A stretch of DNA of 64,000 nucleotides from assembly GCA_045568475.1 (NCBI GenBank), contig JBJLAY010000028.1:121-64120 (forward strand), in the 5' to 3' direction. Positions 19,493 to 29,508 of this stretch are shown here, piece after piece. The translations under genes and the position numbers were made by a program. Under the pieces are notes generated by a model that saw only the letters and a program-made list of their open reading frames with translations, had not been told where the DNA came from and did no database searches. This DNA is from Candidatus Poseidoniaceae archaeon. GTDB taxonomy: Archaea; Thermoplasmatota; Poseidoniia; Poseidoniales; Poseidoniaceae. Every line of letters begins with the position of its first letter. Position 1 is the first letter of the stretch.

Positions 19493-20500
19493 TCATGATA
19501 CCGATTGAATTCGATTTGCTATCCAAGGCAAGGAGAGGTCTAGTCTGTGATCAATCCCACTATGAGTTCCGGGGAACTCTTCCCATTCGTGAGCGATTTG
19601 TAATTCGTTCATACGGGCATGTAGTTGTCGTAATCCAAATTGTATATTGTACTGGTCAGAATCGCCGACATCTATCCAGCATGGAGGCAATGTCCTGTGG
19701 TCCTCAATCATGTTTAGTGGGTCCCACGACCTCCATTCAGCCCATTTTTCATCATCAAAGATACAATTTTCATCAACGGGTAAAGTTCCATCACTGTATG
19801 TTGCAGCCATTGCAGCAATCATCAAAGTATGAAAATCATCGGGTTTGAGGGATTTTGAATTCTTAACGTAATTCAAGAACCCAGCCATTCCTCCGTGGTT
19901 TTTGATTTGAGTTAGAGTACTGCCCATTTCTATCCCAAATAATAATTCAAAACCACAATCTCCAGAATGGCAAGCTACAGCACTCCAGCAATCATCTAAC
20001 ATTCCGCGTACAAGTGCGCCATAACCTCCACTTGATTTTCCAACTAAACCAAATCCACTGACATCATATCGCGAATTAATTTCATTTCGAAGATCGTCCT
20101 TCAACCAACTACCCCAATCGCCAACAATTTCAGAATCAATGAATTGGTTACCGCCCAGTGAAGTAAATGTGTCAGGCATTACAAGAATCGAAGGTGGCAT
20201 TATCCCACTCTTGACCAAACGCTCGTGACGCTGTGGCAGTGTTTCACTAAACGCCCTCCAATTCGCTCTGGCAAAGCCAGTTCCAGTAAATGGGGCGAGA
20301 TAGATAATACAAGGGAGAGGGCCAACACCTCCGGGTGAAATATGCACCATAACTTCCCTTTCGATAGGGTCTCCAATTTGATTTTCCAAATTAGCAGAAG
20401 AAAAAGAAAATCTTTCGATAGTTCCTCTGATGGGTTCAAAAGAGTGGGCGGGCATGAACCTGCGATGGGCTTCAAGGAAATGTGCTTGGCGGTATTCCAA
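19493..20500 (-). CDS. Alpha/beta-hydrolase esterase (esterase D/FghA-like family)
   Basis: The nucleophile elbow is GLVGKSSGGYGAL (GxSxG). Confidence 0.65.
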   Translation of the reverse strand: MEYRQAHFLEAHRRFMPAHSFEPIRGTIERFSFSSANLENQIGDPIEREVMVHISPGGVGPLPCIIYLAPFTGTGFARANWRAFSETLPQRHERLVKSGIMPPSILVMPDTFTSLGGNQFIDSEIVGDWGSWLKDDLRNEINSRYDVSGFGLVGKSSGGYGALVRGMLDDCWSAVACHSGDCGFELLFGIEMGSTLTQIKNHGGMAGFLNYVKNSKSLKPDDFHTLMIAAMAATYSDGTLPVDENCIFDDEKWAEWRSWDPLNMIEDHRTLPPCWIDVGDSDQYNIQFGLRQLHARMNELQIAHEWEEFPGTHSGIDHRLDLSLPWIANRIQSVS

Positions 20501-20574
20501 TGGAAGCCATTGGAGGTTGAATGATGCGATTAAATTCCAGTGGAAATGAAGGGGAAGAGTTGTTCAAACTCAAT

Positions 20575-20583
20575 GATTATATG
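20575..20583 (+). promoter_or_regulatory. Candidate TATA box upstream of mcm
   Basis: gattatatg lies about 45 nt upstream of the mcm ATG. Confidence 0.25.
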
Positions 20584-20624
20584 CGGCCGACAACGGCTCA
20601 AGATGTCCGGTTGGGGGATTTACA

Positions 20625-22739
20625 ATGACTATCCAAGAATTTGATTTGCCAGCCAGGTGGCGTTCACTCCTACTGGACAATTACAGTGAAGCAATCCACA
20701 ACCTCGAAGTTTCTTGGCCCGACGTGCAGTCATTAGAGGTCTCATACAGGGACATAGAATCCTTTGATCCCGATTTCGCATTATCAATTGTCGAGGAGCC
20801 CGAAAATAACACTCAGGCTGCTAATCAAGCATTGGGGCTTCTTTTAGCAGAATTAGGCTCTCCAAGAATCGTTGCATTCGTTCGTATCATCGAGTTACCG
20901 TCGGATACCCATCGTACAGTTAGGCAACTTCGTAGCGAAGATTTAGGATCGATGATTTCAGTCGATGCAATTGCAACAAAGATTGGTAGAGTTTTACCTA
21001 GAACATACGAGGGTTCGTTTGTTTGTGTAGCATGCGGTCATTCAACAAGAGTAAGTCAACCGAATGAACAAGAATTGATTGAGCCCATAGAGTGTTTCGA
21101 AATAGATGGCGGGTGCGGGAGGCGCAAAGGTCAGACACGCTTCGTCCAAAGAGTGGAAGAATCGATTTTGATCGACACCCAATTCATCGAGTTACAAGAG
21201 CCCCCTGAAAACCTTCGAGGAGGAGTACAACCGGAGAGGATCCTTTGTATCGCAGAGCATGATATCGCAGGCCAACTAAATCCCGGTGACCGCGTTACTG
21301 CAAACGGCATGCTATTCGTTCGTTCGCAAAGGAAATCCGGGAAAGACACCCCGATTTTTGATATATTTATGCGAATCCACAGTATTCAAAGAGAAAGTAT
21401 TCCGTTAGAAGAAATTCAAATTTCAGAAGACGAGGAGAGGGAAATAAAGGAATTAGCCCGCCGTGATGACATCCACCAATTGCTAAGAGATTCGATTGCC
21501 CCTTCCATTTTCGGCATGTCTATGCAGAAAGAGACTCTAATGCTACAATTATTCGGCGGAGTTGCATCTAAGGCAAGTGATGGTACCAGGTTGAGAGGAG
21601 ACATTCACATCTTGCTAATGGGAGACCCCGGTGTTGCAAAGTCCCAACTTCTTTCTTACATGTCACAGATTTCACCACGTGGAAGATTTACTTCAGGTAT
21701 GTCTGCTTCTGCAGCGGGATTAACTGCAGCAGCAGTTCAAGATTCAGCTGCCGATGGACGTTGGACTTTAGAGGCAGGAGCATTAGCACTTGCAGATTTA
21801 GGCCTAGCAGCAATTGACGAATTCGACAAGATGAATGAGAACGACCGCTCATCGATGCACGAAGCAATGGAGCAACAAAGAATTTCAATTTCTAAAGCCG
21901 GAATTAACGCAACACTTTCCACAAGATGTGCAATTCTCGCTGCGGCAAACCCGAAAGCAGGCCGATTCCAATCAGTCTCTGAAGTGCCATTCACCCAGCA
22001 AATCAACCTCAAGCCGGCTCTAATATCTAGGTTTGATGTAATATGGTTGCTAACCGATCAACCCGAAGCCGACTTCGACACCAGAATCGCAAATCACATC
22101 ATGAACAATCGTGCAAACTCAACCCCTGAGATTCTTATTGATCAAGGCAGTGCTGTTGACCCCTCCAAAACTTCAGCACACGATGGACTTGACGAAAATA
22201 AAGGAATTGTTAATCGGGACATGATTAGGAAATACGTTGCATTTGCAAAGAGAACAATCCACCCCACACTATCTCCGGAAGCTCAAAACCTGTTGCGAGA
22301 ATATTATGTTGAAACAAGAAGAAAAGGTGGAGAATCACACGATTCAATCGCAATCTCAGCAAGGGCAATAGAAGGCCTTTATCGTTTAGCACAAGCATCA
22401 GCAAGAGTGCGATTGTCTGAAGAAGCGACCACAGAAGATGCAGAACGCTCAATTCGCCTAACTAAAACATGGCGACATGAATTAATGGGCGATAATTTCG
22501 ATGAGACCACACTTCAGTCCGGGAAGAAAGCGACAGCCAGAAATCGAGAAAGAACCATCCTTGAAATCGTTCGAAGAATATATGTCGAAACAGGACAGTT
22601 CGTTTCTCTCAATGATGTTCTGACCGAAGCAGGGCGCAGCGACATTTCCCGCGATGTTGCCGAAGATCTGATTGATGCATTATGCCGAGACGGTAGACTG
22701 ATGCGTCCTGGTGGATACGAGACACTACAGCCGGTATGA
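20625..22739 (+). CDS. mcm: MCM replicative helicase
   Basis: It has a C4 zinc finger (CVACGH...CGRRKG), Walker A GDPGVAKSQLL, Walker B IDEFDKM and the arginine-finger region SRFDVIW. It is 704 aa with no intein. Confidence 0.9.
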   Translation: MTIQEFDLPARWRSLLLDNYSEAIHNLEVSWPDVQSLEVSYRDIESFDPDFALSIVEEPENNTQAANQALGLLLAELGSPRIVAFVRIIELPSDTHRTVRQLRSEDLGSMISVDAIATKIGRVLPRTYEGSFVCVACGHSTRVSQPNEQELIEPIECFEIDGGCGRRKGQTRFVQRVEESILIDTQFIELQEPPENLRGGVQPERILCIAEHDIAGQLNPGDRVTANGMLFVRSQRKSGKDTPIFDIFMRIHSIQRESIPLEEIQISEDEEREIKELARRDDIHQLLRDSIAPSIFGMSMQKETLMLQLFGGVASKASDGTRLRGDIHILLMGDPGVAKSQLLSYMSQISPRGRFTSGMSASAAGLTAAAVQDSAADGRWTLEAGALALADLGLAAIDEFDKMNENDRSSMHEAMEQQRISISKAGINATLSTRCAILAAANPKAGRFQSVSEVPFTQQINLKPALISRFDVIWLLTDQPEADFDTRIANHIMNNRANSTPEILIDQGSAVDPSKTSAHDGLDENKGIVNRDMIRKYVAFAKRTIHPTLSPEAQNLLREYYVETRRKGGESHDSIAISARAIEGLYRLAQASARVRLSEEATTEDAERSIRLTKTWRHELMGDNFDETTLQSGKKATARNRERTILEIVRRIYVETGQFVSLNDVLTEAGRSDISRDVAEDLIDALCRDGRLMRPGGYETLQPV

Positions 22740-22779
22740 TACGATGCGCTCATATCGATGAGGCTCTACAGGTGGTAAC

Positions 22780-24771
22780 ATGGAACCGGAAGGCGATGTG
22801 GCAACTCCCGCACTGCTAGACCCAGAAGGTCTAGGTTTCATGTGTGGAATTGAGGTACATCAGCAGTTGGCTACCGGTAAGTTACACTCCCGTCAACCTG
22901 GAGTTCTACACGATATCACTATCGAGACACTCCCGGAAGATTGGCCTAAATTTCCTCGTCGCCTACGCTCTGCAAGAGGCGAAGGCGGAACAGTAGATGT
23001 TGCTGCAAGATTCGAATCTCGTCGTAATCGATCATTCGTTTACTGCCAATCGCCCAACTCAGGTTTGATTGAACTCGACGAGCAACCTCCATTGCCTCAT
23101 GACAATGATGCTCTAGATATTTCATTGACCGTATCTGGAATGATAAATGCACATCCTGTACCTCTACTTCAGACAATGCGCAAGACAGTTGTCGACGGTT
23201 CGAATACCAGTGGTTTTCAGCGAACTACATTAGTCGCTACAAACGGAGTTTTGGAAACCGAAGGCGGACCTGTGGGAATTGATGTGCTATGTTTGGAAGA
23301 AGACAGCGCTCGAAAACTAGACAGTGAGTTAACACCAGACGGTGAAATTGTAACATGGAATTTAGACAGACTCGGTATTCCATTAATCGAAATCGCGACA
23401 GCACCTGATGTCAAAACTCCAGATCATGCAAAGCAAACTTCGATAGCTTTGGGAAGAACTCTCAGAGATACAAGAAGAGTGAGAAGGGGCCTGGGAAGTA
23501 TTCGCCAGGATCTCAATGTGTCTATAATGTGCGGAGACAGGGTTGAAATCAAGGGTTGTCAGGATCTAGAATGGATTCCAAAAATAATCCGTTGTGAAAT
23601 GGCAAGGCAGTTACATTTCTACAGGCTAGCAAATCAATTACGTTCTGCACACGGCTTACCTCCATTATCCAATGACAGAAGGGTAGAGTCACCTTCAGTC
23701 CAAGAAGAAGTTTCTCAAATTCTCCAACTCAATCTAGTAGACGTAAGTTCTGCCTTCCAGTCGTGTGAATCCAAGAGAGTCAAATCCGGATTAGAATCCA
23801 ATTCGGTAATGTTGGCATTACCGCTTCCTGGGTTTGCAGGATTGATTGGCGTCAAGGAGTTCGATGCAGACGGTGCTCAAATGCCAAGACTTGGTCGAGA
23901 ACTTGCAGGTGCAGCAAAGTTAGCTGGCGTGGCAGGAGTTTACCATTCTGATGAATTACCGGCTTACGGAATAGAACAAGATTACGTTGATGCAACTAGG
24001 GAATTACTAGACGGCGTAGATGCTTTCGTATTGTGCTTAGCCCCACAATGGCAAGCAGAATTAGCCCTTGAGAGCGTTCTAAACCGTGCAAGAATGGCAT
24101 TCGAAAGAATCTCTCAAGAGGTTCGAAATGTTGCAATTAAGAAAGGTTCACCAGAGGATGGCACCACTACTCCAATGAGGCCTCTGCCAGGTGGTGCTAG
24201 GATGTATCCTGAAACTGACATCCCTCCTTTGGCAATTAGTTCTCAACACTGGCAAAAAATCCTAGAAAATTTACCAATGACTCAGGCAGAACGATTGGAA
24301 AGGCTTCGTGATTTCAAAATTAGTGAAGATCAAGTAAAGCAATTATGCTCTAGAGAGTTAGATGACCATTTCGTTGCACATAACAAGGACTTACCTCCTA
24401 AAGCATGGGCAACAATGCTCCTGGAGAATGACGGAGAAACAGGCTTGATGGCATTAGTATTAGCGGCCAAGGAAGAAGGACATGTTACAAGAGAAGGAAT
24501 GTCAATTTTAATCAAAGAGTTCGCTGGAAAAAACCCAAGCATGGAACAACTTGCGAATAAAGCCGAGCAATTAGGGATAAAGCCTGCAGATGCTGGAGAT
24601 CTAATGTCAATTGTTGAGAAAGTTGTAGCAAGCAGAATTGATTTCGTCAAAGAAAGAGGAATGGGCGCACTTGGTCCATTGATGGGCGTTGTTATGAAAG
24701 AATGTGGCGGGGCAGCTGACGGAAAACAGGTCAGTGCACTGTTACGAGAAGTAATTATGAGGCATTCTTAA
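22780..24771 (+). CDS. gatE: Glutamyl-tRNA(Gln) amidotransferase subunit E (archaeal GatE)
   Basis: The GatB/E hallmark is GFMCGIEVHQQLATGKL near the N-terminus, and the 663-aa length fits. Confidence 0.85.
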   Translation: MEPEGDVATPALLDPEGLGFMCGIEVHQQLATGKLHSRQPGVLHDITIETLPEDWPKFPRRLRSARGEGGTVDVAARFESRRNRSFVYCQSPNSGLIELDEQPPLPHDNDALDISLTVSGMINAHPVPLLQTMRKTVVDGSNTSGFQRTTLVATNGVLETEGGPVGIDVLCLEEDSARKLDSELTPDGEIVTWNLDRLGIPLIEIATAPDVKTPDHAKQTSIALGRTLRDTRRVRRGLGSIRQDLNVSIMCGDRVEIKGCQDLEWIPKIIRCEMARQLHFYRLANQLRSAHGLPPLSNDRRVESPSVQEEVSQILQLNLVDVSSAFQSCESKRVKSGLESNSVMLALPLPGFAGLIGVKEFDADGAQMPRLGRELAGAAKLAGVAGVYHSDELPAYGIEQDYVDATRELLDGVDAFVLCLAPQWQAELALESVLNRARMAFERISQEVRNVAIKKGSPEDGTTTPMRPLPGGARMYPETDIPPLAISSQHWQKILENLPMTQAERLERLRDFKISEDQVKQLCSRELDDHFVAHNKDLPPKAWATMLLENDGETGLMALVLAAKEEGHVTREGMSILIKEFAGKNPSMEQLANKAEQLGIKPADAGDLMSIVEKVVASRIDFVKERGMGALGPLMGVVMKECGGAADGKQVSALLREVIMRHS

Positions 24772-26411
24772 TGAAGCGAAGTCTGGTTTTATCATTCCTT
24801 CTTCTATGCTTACTTGTGCCTCTTTCTACAGGTGCTGAGCAAGAACGAAGTTCATGGGAAATAGACCTGGATAATGGTTATATTTCTACAAAACCAATTA
24901 TTGTTGATGAACAAGTAATCGTTAGAACATCTGGGTTCTGGACAGGAGAAGATCGGCCTCATGTTTATGCGTTCGATATAGATTCAGGACAAGAGAATTG
25001 GAGATTTAGAAGTGACGAATCAACGAATCACGACATGAGCCCTTTGCTACATGTTGATGCTGGAAATGGCCCCTGTGGTTCTTGGAGTGAGATGGTATTA
25101 GTTGGGTGGACAGATGGTAAGGTCACAGCTCTCGATATATCGACGGGTTCACCAATCTGGGAGATACAGACTGAGGTTGTTTCATGGGGAATAACCGGTT
25201 CTATGGCAGTTGATTCCGATAGTGTCATTGTTCCTACTAGGCAAGGATTGTCAAGACTATGCTTGAGCGATGGGGCAGAATCACTGAGAGTTAATTTGGA
25301 TGAATTGGGTTGGAGAAATGGAGTTACTGTTACTGAAGAAAATTACCTTATTGGAAACGAAGAAGGAGTTTTGAATATAATTTCCAAGCAAGGAATAGTC
25401 AGCAAAATGTCAATCGGTGAAGGTAAGATTAGACACGCCCCAATCGTTACAGAGGCAGGAGTCATAATCCATCTACAGACCAACTCCGGCTCTCAAATTT
25501 ACTTAGGCCAACAATTGTTATCCAATGAAGGACATTCGCCTGCAATACCGTTACTTGTAGGCCACGATGTGTATCTGGCAACTAGTTCTAACGTAATATG
25601 GTTGGAATGTTCAATCAACTGTAGCATTCAAGGAAAATCAGCTTATCACACGAATGGAGAAATTACTCATAACATCTTCAATGATACAATTTGGTTCCCT
25701 CACAATACACCTGAAGGTGGGTGGGGGGCCGGGGTGCCAGGTTCAGAAATCACGTCTTTGAATACGGAACATGACACATACACAACAGCAGGAATAGCGT
25801 TCGGTGAAAATGGAGAAATGGCCTTTGGAAACGATAACGGTATACTGATGTTTTTGCATTCTGAAAGTTCTTACTTAGCAATAGAAGAGAATGAACAAAC
25901 CTCTTCCGGAAAAGATTCTTATTTCCAGGAATTTCTGATTTTGTTTTTGTGTGGGGCCATGTTTTTCTTCCAACTAAAGAAGAACGACAAGATGGCAACA
26001 AAAATCGGTTTACTACTTCTACTGGTAATTATGATCTTGATATTACCAGATGTCTCAAACATTTGGTCTAAAGAAATTGACTCTTTAGAAGACTCTCCGG
26101 GCGACTGGGATGAATCATGGCCCGATGAATGGAAAGGAACCCAAGTAATTGTATTCGAATTACCTGAGGGGGACCTAGCCCTAGGTGGATTCGATGGGTA
26201 TCAAACAGTAGAGGAATTTACAGATGCAGCCGCAGCAGATTTGAACATTACAGTGGTCAAAGAATCGTATGATTTTGGAGTATGGATTACTTCCTTCAAC
26301 GAGGAGTCTGGTGAAGGATGGGAATTCACTATTGATGGGAAGAGGTCAACTGTTGGAATCTCCGTTGCAGACATCGAAGAAGACAGTGTTGTACGCTGGT
26401 CTCCAGCGTGA
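24771..26411 (+). CDS. Secreted PQQ-like beta-propeller repeat protein with TM segments and a C-terminal domain
   Basis: Its ATG overlaps the gatE stop as TAATG. It has a signal peptide and repeated blades of the form VYAFDIDSGQENWRF and VTALDISTGSPIWEI. Confidence 0.55.
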   Translation: MKRSLVLSFLLLCLLVPLSTGAEQERSSWEIDLDNGYISTKPIIVDEQVIVRTSGFWTGEDRPHVYAFDIDSGQENWRFRSDESTNHDMSPLLHVDAGNGPCGSWSEMVLVGWTDGKVTALDISTGSPIWEIQTEVVSWGITGSMAVDSDSVIVPTRQGLSRLCLSDGAESLRVNLDELGWRNGVTVTEENYLIGNEEGVLNIISKQGIVSKMSIGEGKIRHAPIVTEAGVIIHLQTNSGSQIYLGQQLLSNEGHSPAIPLLVGHDVYLATSSNVIWLECSINCSIQGKSAYHTNGEITHNIFNDTIWFPHNTPEGGWGAGVPGSEITSLNTEHDTYTTAGIAFGENGEMAFGNDNGILMFLHSESSYLAIEENEQTSSGKDSYFQEFLILFLCGAMFFFQLKKNDKMATKIGLLLLLVIMILILPDVSNIWSKEIDSLEDSPGDWDESWPDEWKGTQVIVFELPEGDLALGGFDGYQTVEEFTDAAAADLNITVVKESYDFGVWITSFNEESGEGWEFTIDGKRSTVGISVADIEEDSVVRWSPA

Positions 26412-26442
26412 AGTTCAAGTCTTGGACACTCTACCGCTGTCC

Positions 26443-27102
26443 ATGGTACTAACCGGCGGGGTCCACGGCCCAACCCTCGCTCCCGTCGAATTATTGGCAC
26501 TTAACGCTGTATTAGTGACCATTTCTTTCTTCCTTCTTTGCAAGCCAACGCAATCTGCCAAAAGAGAAATTCTTGTTCTGTCAAGTATTACCTTGGCAGC
26601 AGCGGCGAGCCGTATTTTGCTAGAGCCATTGCCAAATGTTCAGCCCCTTACAGTGATGTGTCTGGTAATGGGTGCAACCTTGGGTGCTCGTAGAGGAATG
26701 GCATTTGCAGTAATTGCAACCATGCTCTCGAACCTAGTTCTGTCACACGGGTGGTGGACATTGTTCCAAGCAAGTGGGTGGGCCGCAGTAGCCTTTGCAG
26801 GCTCACGCTTAGGTCTAGTCATAGATAACGTAGTCCAAATGAAGCGCCTAGCAATAACTGCAGTCGTGGCTTCAGTTCTATTCGACTGGTGGGTCTCTCT
26901 ATCCATCTTTACGAGCGGAATGACCATCTCAGAGTTTGGAATCTATCTCTTGAATGGCTTACCATTCGATGCATTACACGCAGTTGGCAGTTTAGTAACA
27001 GTGGTGTGGGTTGCTCCATGGCTTGCAAACTTAGTCTTCGAAGAGACTACGCAAATCGAGCAACCACAGGTAAGCGGTGAGGCAGATGTCATCTCCGCTT
27101 AA
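26443..27102 (+). CDS. Polytopic membrane protein, possibly ECF-transporter S-component-like
   Basis: There are five to six TM helices. The ORF track starts at 26269 inside the upstream gene. The ATG at 26443 is the first that clears the stop at 26411. Confidence 0.45.
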   Translation: MVLTGGVHGPTLAPVELLALNAVLVTISFFLLCKPTQSAKREILVLSSITLAAAASRILLEPLPNVQPLTVMCLVMGATLGARRGMAFAVIATMLSNLVLSHGWWTLFQASGWAAVAFAGSRLGLVIDNVVQMKRLAITAVVASVLFDWWVSLSIFTSGMTISEFGIYLLNGLPFDALHAVGSLVTVVWVAPWLANLVFEETTQIEQPQVSGEADVISA

Positions 27103-27454
27103 TGAAGTGACAATGGTCTTGGTGACCCGTGACGATCTCAAACTTTCCAAAGGTAAGTTAGCAGCTCAATGCGCTCATGCAGCAGTTGATTGTGCCATGA
27201 AAGCGAAGAAGAAGGCAATTCGATTATACGAACGCTGGAACAATGTTGGCGCTCGAAAGATTGTTCTTCGAGCAGAGGACGAATCACAACTCCGTCTACT
27301 GTATGCAAAGGCCTTGGAGGGAGGTTTAGTATGTTCATTAATCAAAGATGCAGGCCATACAGAAATTCCCCCTGGAACAGTCACTGTTCTAGGTATAGGG
27401 CCTTCACCGCGTTCCGCAGTTGATGCCATCACTGGCGACCTGAAACTGCTTTGA
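27077..27454 (+). CDS. pth2: Peptidyl-tRNA hydrolase, archaeal/eukaryotic type Pth2
   Basis: VLVTRDDLKLSKGKLAAQCAHAA...VTVLGIGP supports the call. The start may be the ATG at 27113. Confidence 0.8.
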   Translation: MRQMSSPLNEVTMVLVTRDDLKLSKGKLAAQCAHAAVDCAMKAKKKAIRLYERWNNVGARKIVLRAEDESQLRLLYAKALEGGLVCSLIKDAGHTEIPPGTVTVLGIGPSPRSAVDAITGDLKLL

Positions 27455-27476
27455 GTGAAGGCGGGGTGGACAGGTC

Positions 27477-28517
27477 ATGCGCGAGTACCCATCAGACCGT
27501 GTAGATGTCCGAAGCGACACCGTAACAAAGCCTACTGCGGCTATGCGCGTAGTTATGGAAAAGGCAGAAGTTGGTGATGACGTACTAGGTGACGATCCAA
27601 CAGTGAACGAGCTTCAGAACAGACTTGCAAAGATGTTCGGGAAAGAAGCAGCATTGTTTGTAGCAAGTGGAACTATGTCCAACGCAATTGCTTTGAGGAC
27701 CCATACAGTCCCTGGAGATGAAATTGTGTGCGACAAAACTGCTCATATCTACAAGTATGAAGGAGGCGGATATGCTGCACTTTGCGGGGTTTCAATTTCT
27801 CTTGTTGAAGGCGAAGGTGGCCTAATGACTGCCGCTCAGGTGAAATCAGCAATTCGTAAGGCTGAGGGGTCAGGCTCGCACTATCCAGATGGCAAGTTGG
27901 TTTGTGTTGAAAACACATCAAACCTTGGCGGAGGAGCATGTTACACCCAAGATGTACTGGATGAGATTGCTGCAGTAGCCAAAGAGAATGGCTGTGCAAC
28001 TCACATCGATGGTGCTAGAATTTTCAATGCTTCAATCACAACCGGAGTAGATGTTGCAAGAATGTGTAGAGACTATGATTCGGTCTCAATTTGTCTTTCA
28101 AAGGGGCTGGGCGCTCCAGTAGGGTCTGTTTTAGTTGGCTCTCAAGAGTTCATCAATAAAGCACATCGCTGGAGGAAAATGTTTGGCGGAGGTTGGAGAC
28201 AAGCAGGTGTACTTGCAGCAGCAGGCCTGTATGCCTTAGACAATCATATCGAAAGATTATCAGAAGATCATACACGCGCTTTGCGTGTGGCTACAGCAAT
28301 CAATGCAATGGATAATTTCAGCGTTGATATGAAAGCAGTCCAGTCTAATTTGGTGTATGTGAATTGTAATATTCCTGCCGCAGATGTCGTAAAATCATTG
28401 GCCGAATATGGCATCGATATGTTTGACCTCCCGTACAATCGAGTCAGGGTAGCGATTCATCTTCACATAACAGACGAAGATGTTGAACGCATCATTGCTG
28501 CTTTCGCTGCACAGTGA
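27477..28517 (+). CDS. Low-specificity L-threonine aldolase (PLP-dependent)
   Basis: The N-terminal hallmark is VDVRSDTVTKPT, and the fold is that of a type I PLP aminotransferase. Confidence 0.8.
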   Translation: MREYPSDRVDVRSDTVTKPTAAMRVVMEKAEVGDDVLGDDPTVNELQNRLAKMFGKEAALFVASGTMSNAIALRTHTVPGDEIVCDKTAHIYKYEGGGYAALCGVSISLVEGEGGLMTAAQVKSAIRKAEGSGSHYPDGKLVCVENTSNLGGGACYTQDVLDEIAAVAKENGCATHIDGARIFNASITTGVDVARMCRDYDSVSICLSKGLGAPVGSVLVGSQEFINKAHRWRKMFGGGWRQAGVLAAAGLYALDNHIERLSEDHTRALRVATAINAMDNFSVDMKAVQSNLVYVNCNIPAADVVKSLAEYGIDMFDLPYNRVRVAIHLHITDEDVERIIAAFAAQ

Positions 28518-29406
28518 TAGCGGCAATCATTGCAACCGTTAAGACAGCAATAAGGCTCAGACCTGGCAGTCCACTATCATCACTAGAATCATCGTCATCT
28601 TCCTCGACATCCTTCGGAGTATCTTCTGGCACTTCTGGAAGAACAACTTCGTGGATAAGGTGAATTTCTAGATCGTCCCCATCATATGCTGCGGGCAAAG
28701 AAATCTCTTTGCTGCCAGATAGGTCTTCACCTAATTCAACAATGGCCCTTACACTTTCATGGTAGTACTCTTCACCGTTGCCTCCCTCAGAGAAGTACGC
28801 TAAATCTTCAACAACCCATATTGATGATTTTATTGTACTGTTGTCTGGGAAATTGGACATATCTATGATTAGGTTCCATGTTACTGTTGAAGCAGAACCA
28901 TTACTCCCTGGGGCCCAACCTAGACTGGAGGTTCCAATTCCCAGGTGTAAAGAATTTTGTAGATTTGCATTGTAATCGTCTTGTAGACTGTCGCCATTAG
29001 GAACACTTCCGGTTTGCCTTAATGTTCCATTGAAAATAGCGATTGGGGGTAACCTTTGAACATATCTTTCAATCCACCTGTCATCTCCTTCTTGTGAACC
29101 CAGAGGGTCCTCATTCTCTCCGATGAACCTGTGGAAGTGATATTGTTGCATGTGGTTGGTTTCTTCGACATCATCCAGTGCATGTTCAACATCTACACAA
29201 TTGACACACCAAGTTGCAGTGTAGTCTTCAACAATAGCTGGCATTTCAGAGAAATCTAGGGACAAGTTACCTGATGAACTTGCGTTGATATGAACGCCGC
29301 CAAAGACAGCACCAACCTCATCCATTTGTTCCGGGCTTCCACTCTGAGCAGTAGGAATTGTTGACATTGCTAGAATCAACGCTACTAGAATAATGCGGGT
29401 TCGCAT
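28492..29406 (-). CDS. Secreted thioredoxin-fold protein with a C-terminal TM anchor
   Basis: It has a signal peptide and a WCxxC-type active site YTATWCVNC. The C-terminal LPGLSLIAVLTVAMIAAITVQRKQQ is preceded by an acidic linker. Confidence 0.5.
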   Translation of the reverse strand: MRTRIILVALILAMSTIPTAQSGSPEQMDEVGAVFGGVHINASSSGNLSLDFSEMPAIVEDYTATWCVNCVDVEHALDDVEETNHMQQYHFHRFIGENEDPLGSQEGDDRWIERYVQRLPPIAIFNGTLRQTGSVPNGDSLQDDYNANLQNSLHLGIGTSSLGWAPGSNGSASTVTWNLIIDMSNFPDNSTIKSSIWVVEDLAYFSEGGNGEEYYHESVRAIVELGEDLSGSKEISLPAAYDGDDLEIHLIHEVVLPEVPEDTPKDVEEDDDDSSDDSGLPGLSLIAVLTVAMIAAITVQRKQQ

Positions 29407-29508
29407 AAGTCTGCGAGTCTTTACTCGTTTTCAATAGTTCTGTCCGTAGAATCAGGCGTGGGTTCAAGAACCACCGTCACCGAGTTGGGCCGTTAGGCGG
29501 ACAACCCG

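Noticed and set aside
26269-26442. An N-terminal extension of the membrane-protein ORF overlaps the last 143 nt of the PQQ-propeller gene.
   Set aside because: It is in a different frame from the upstream gene and hydrophilic, unlike the rest of the protein. The first ATG after the upstream stop (26443) gives a sensible membrane protein.
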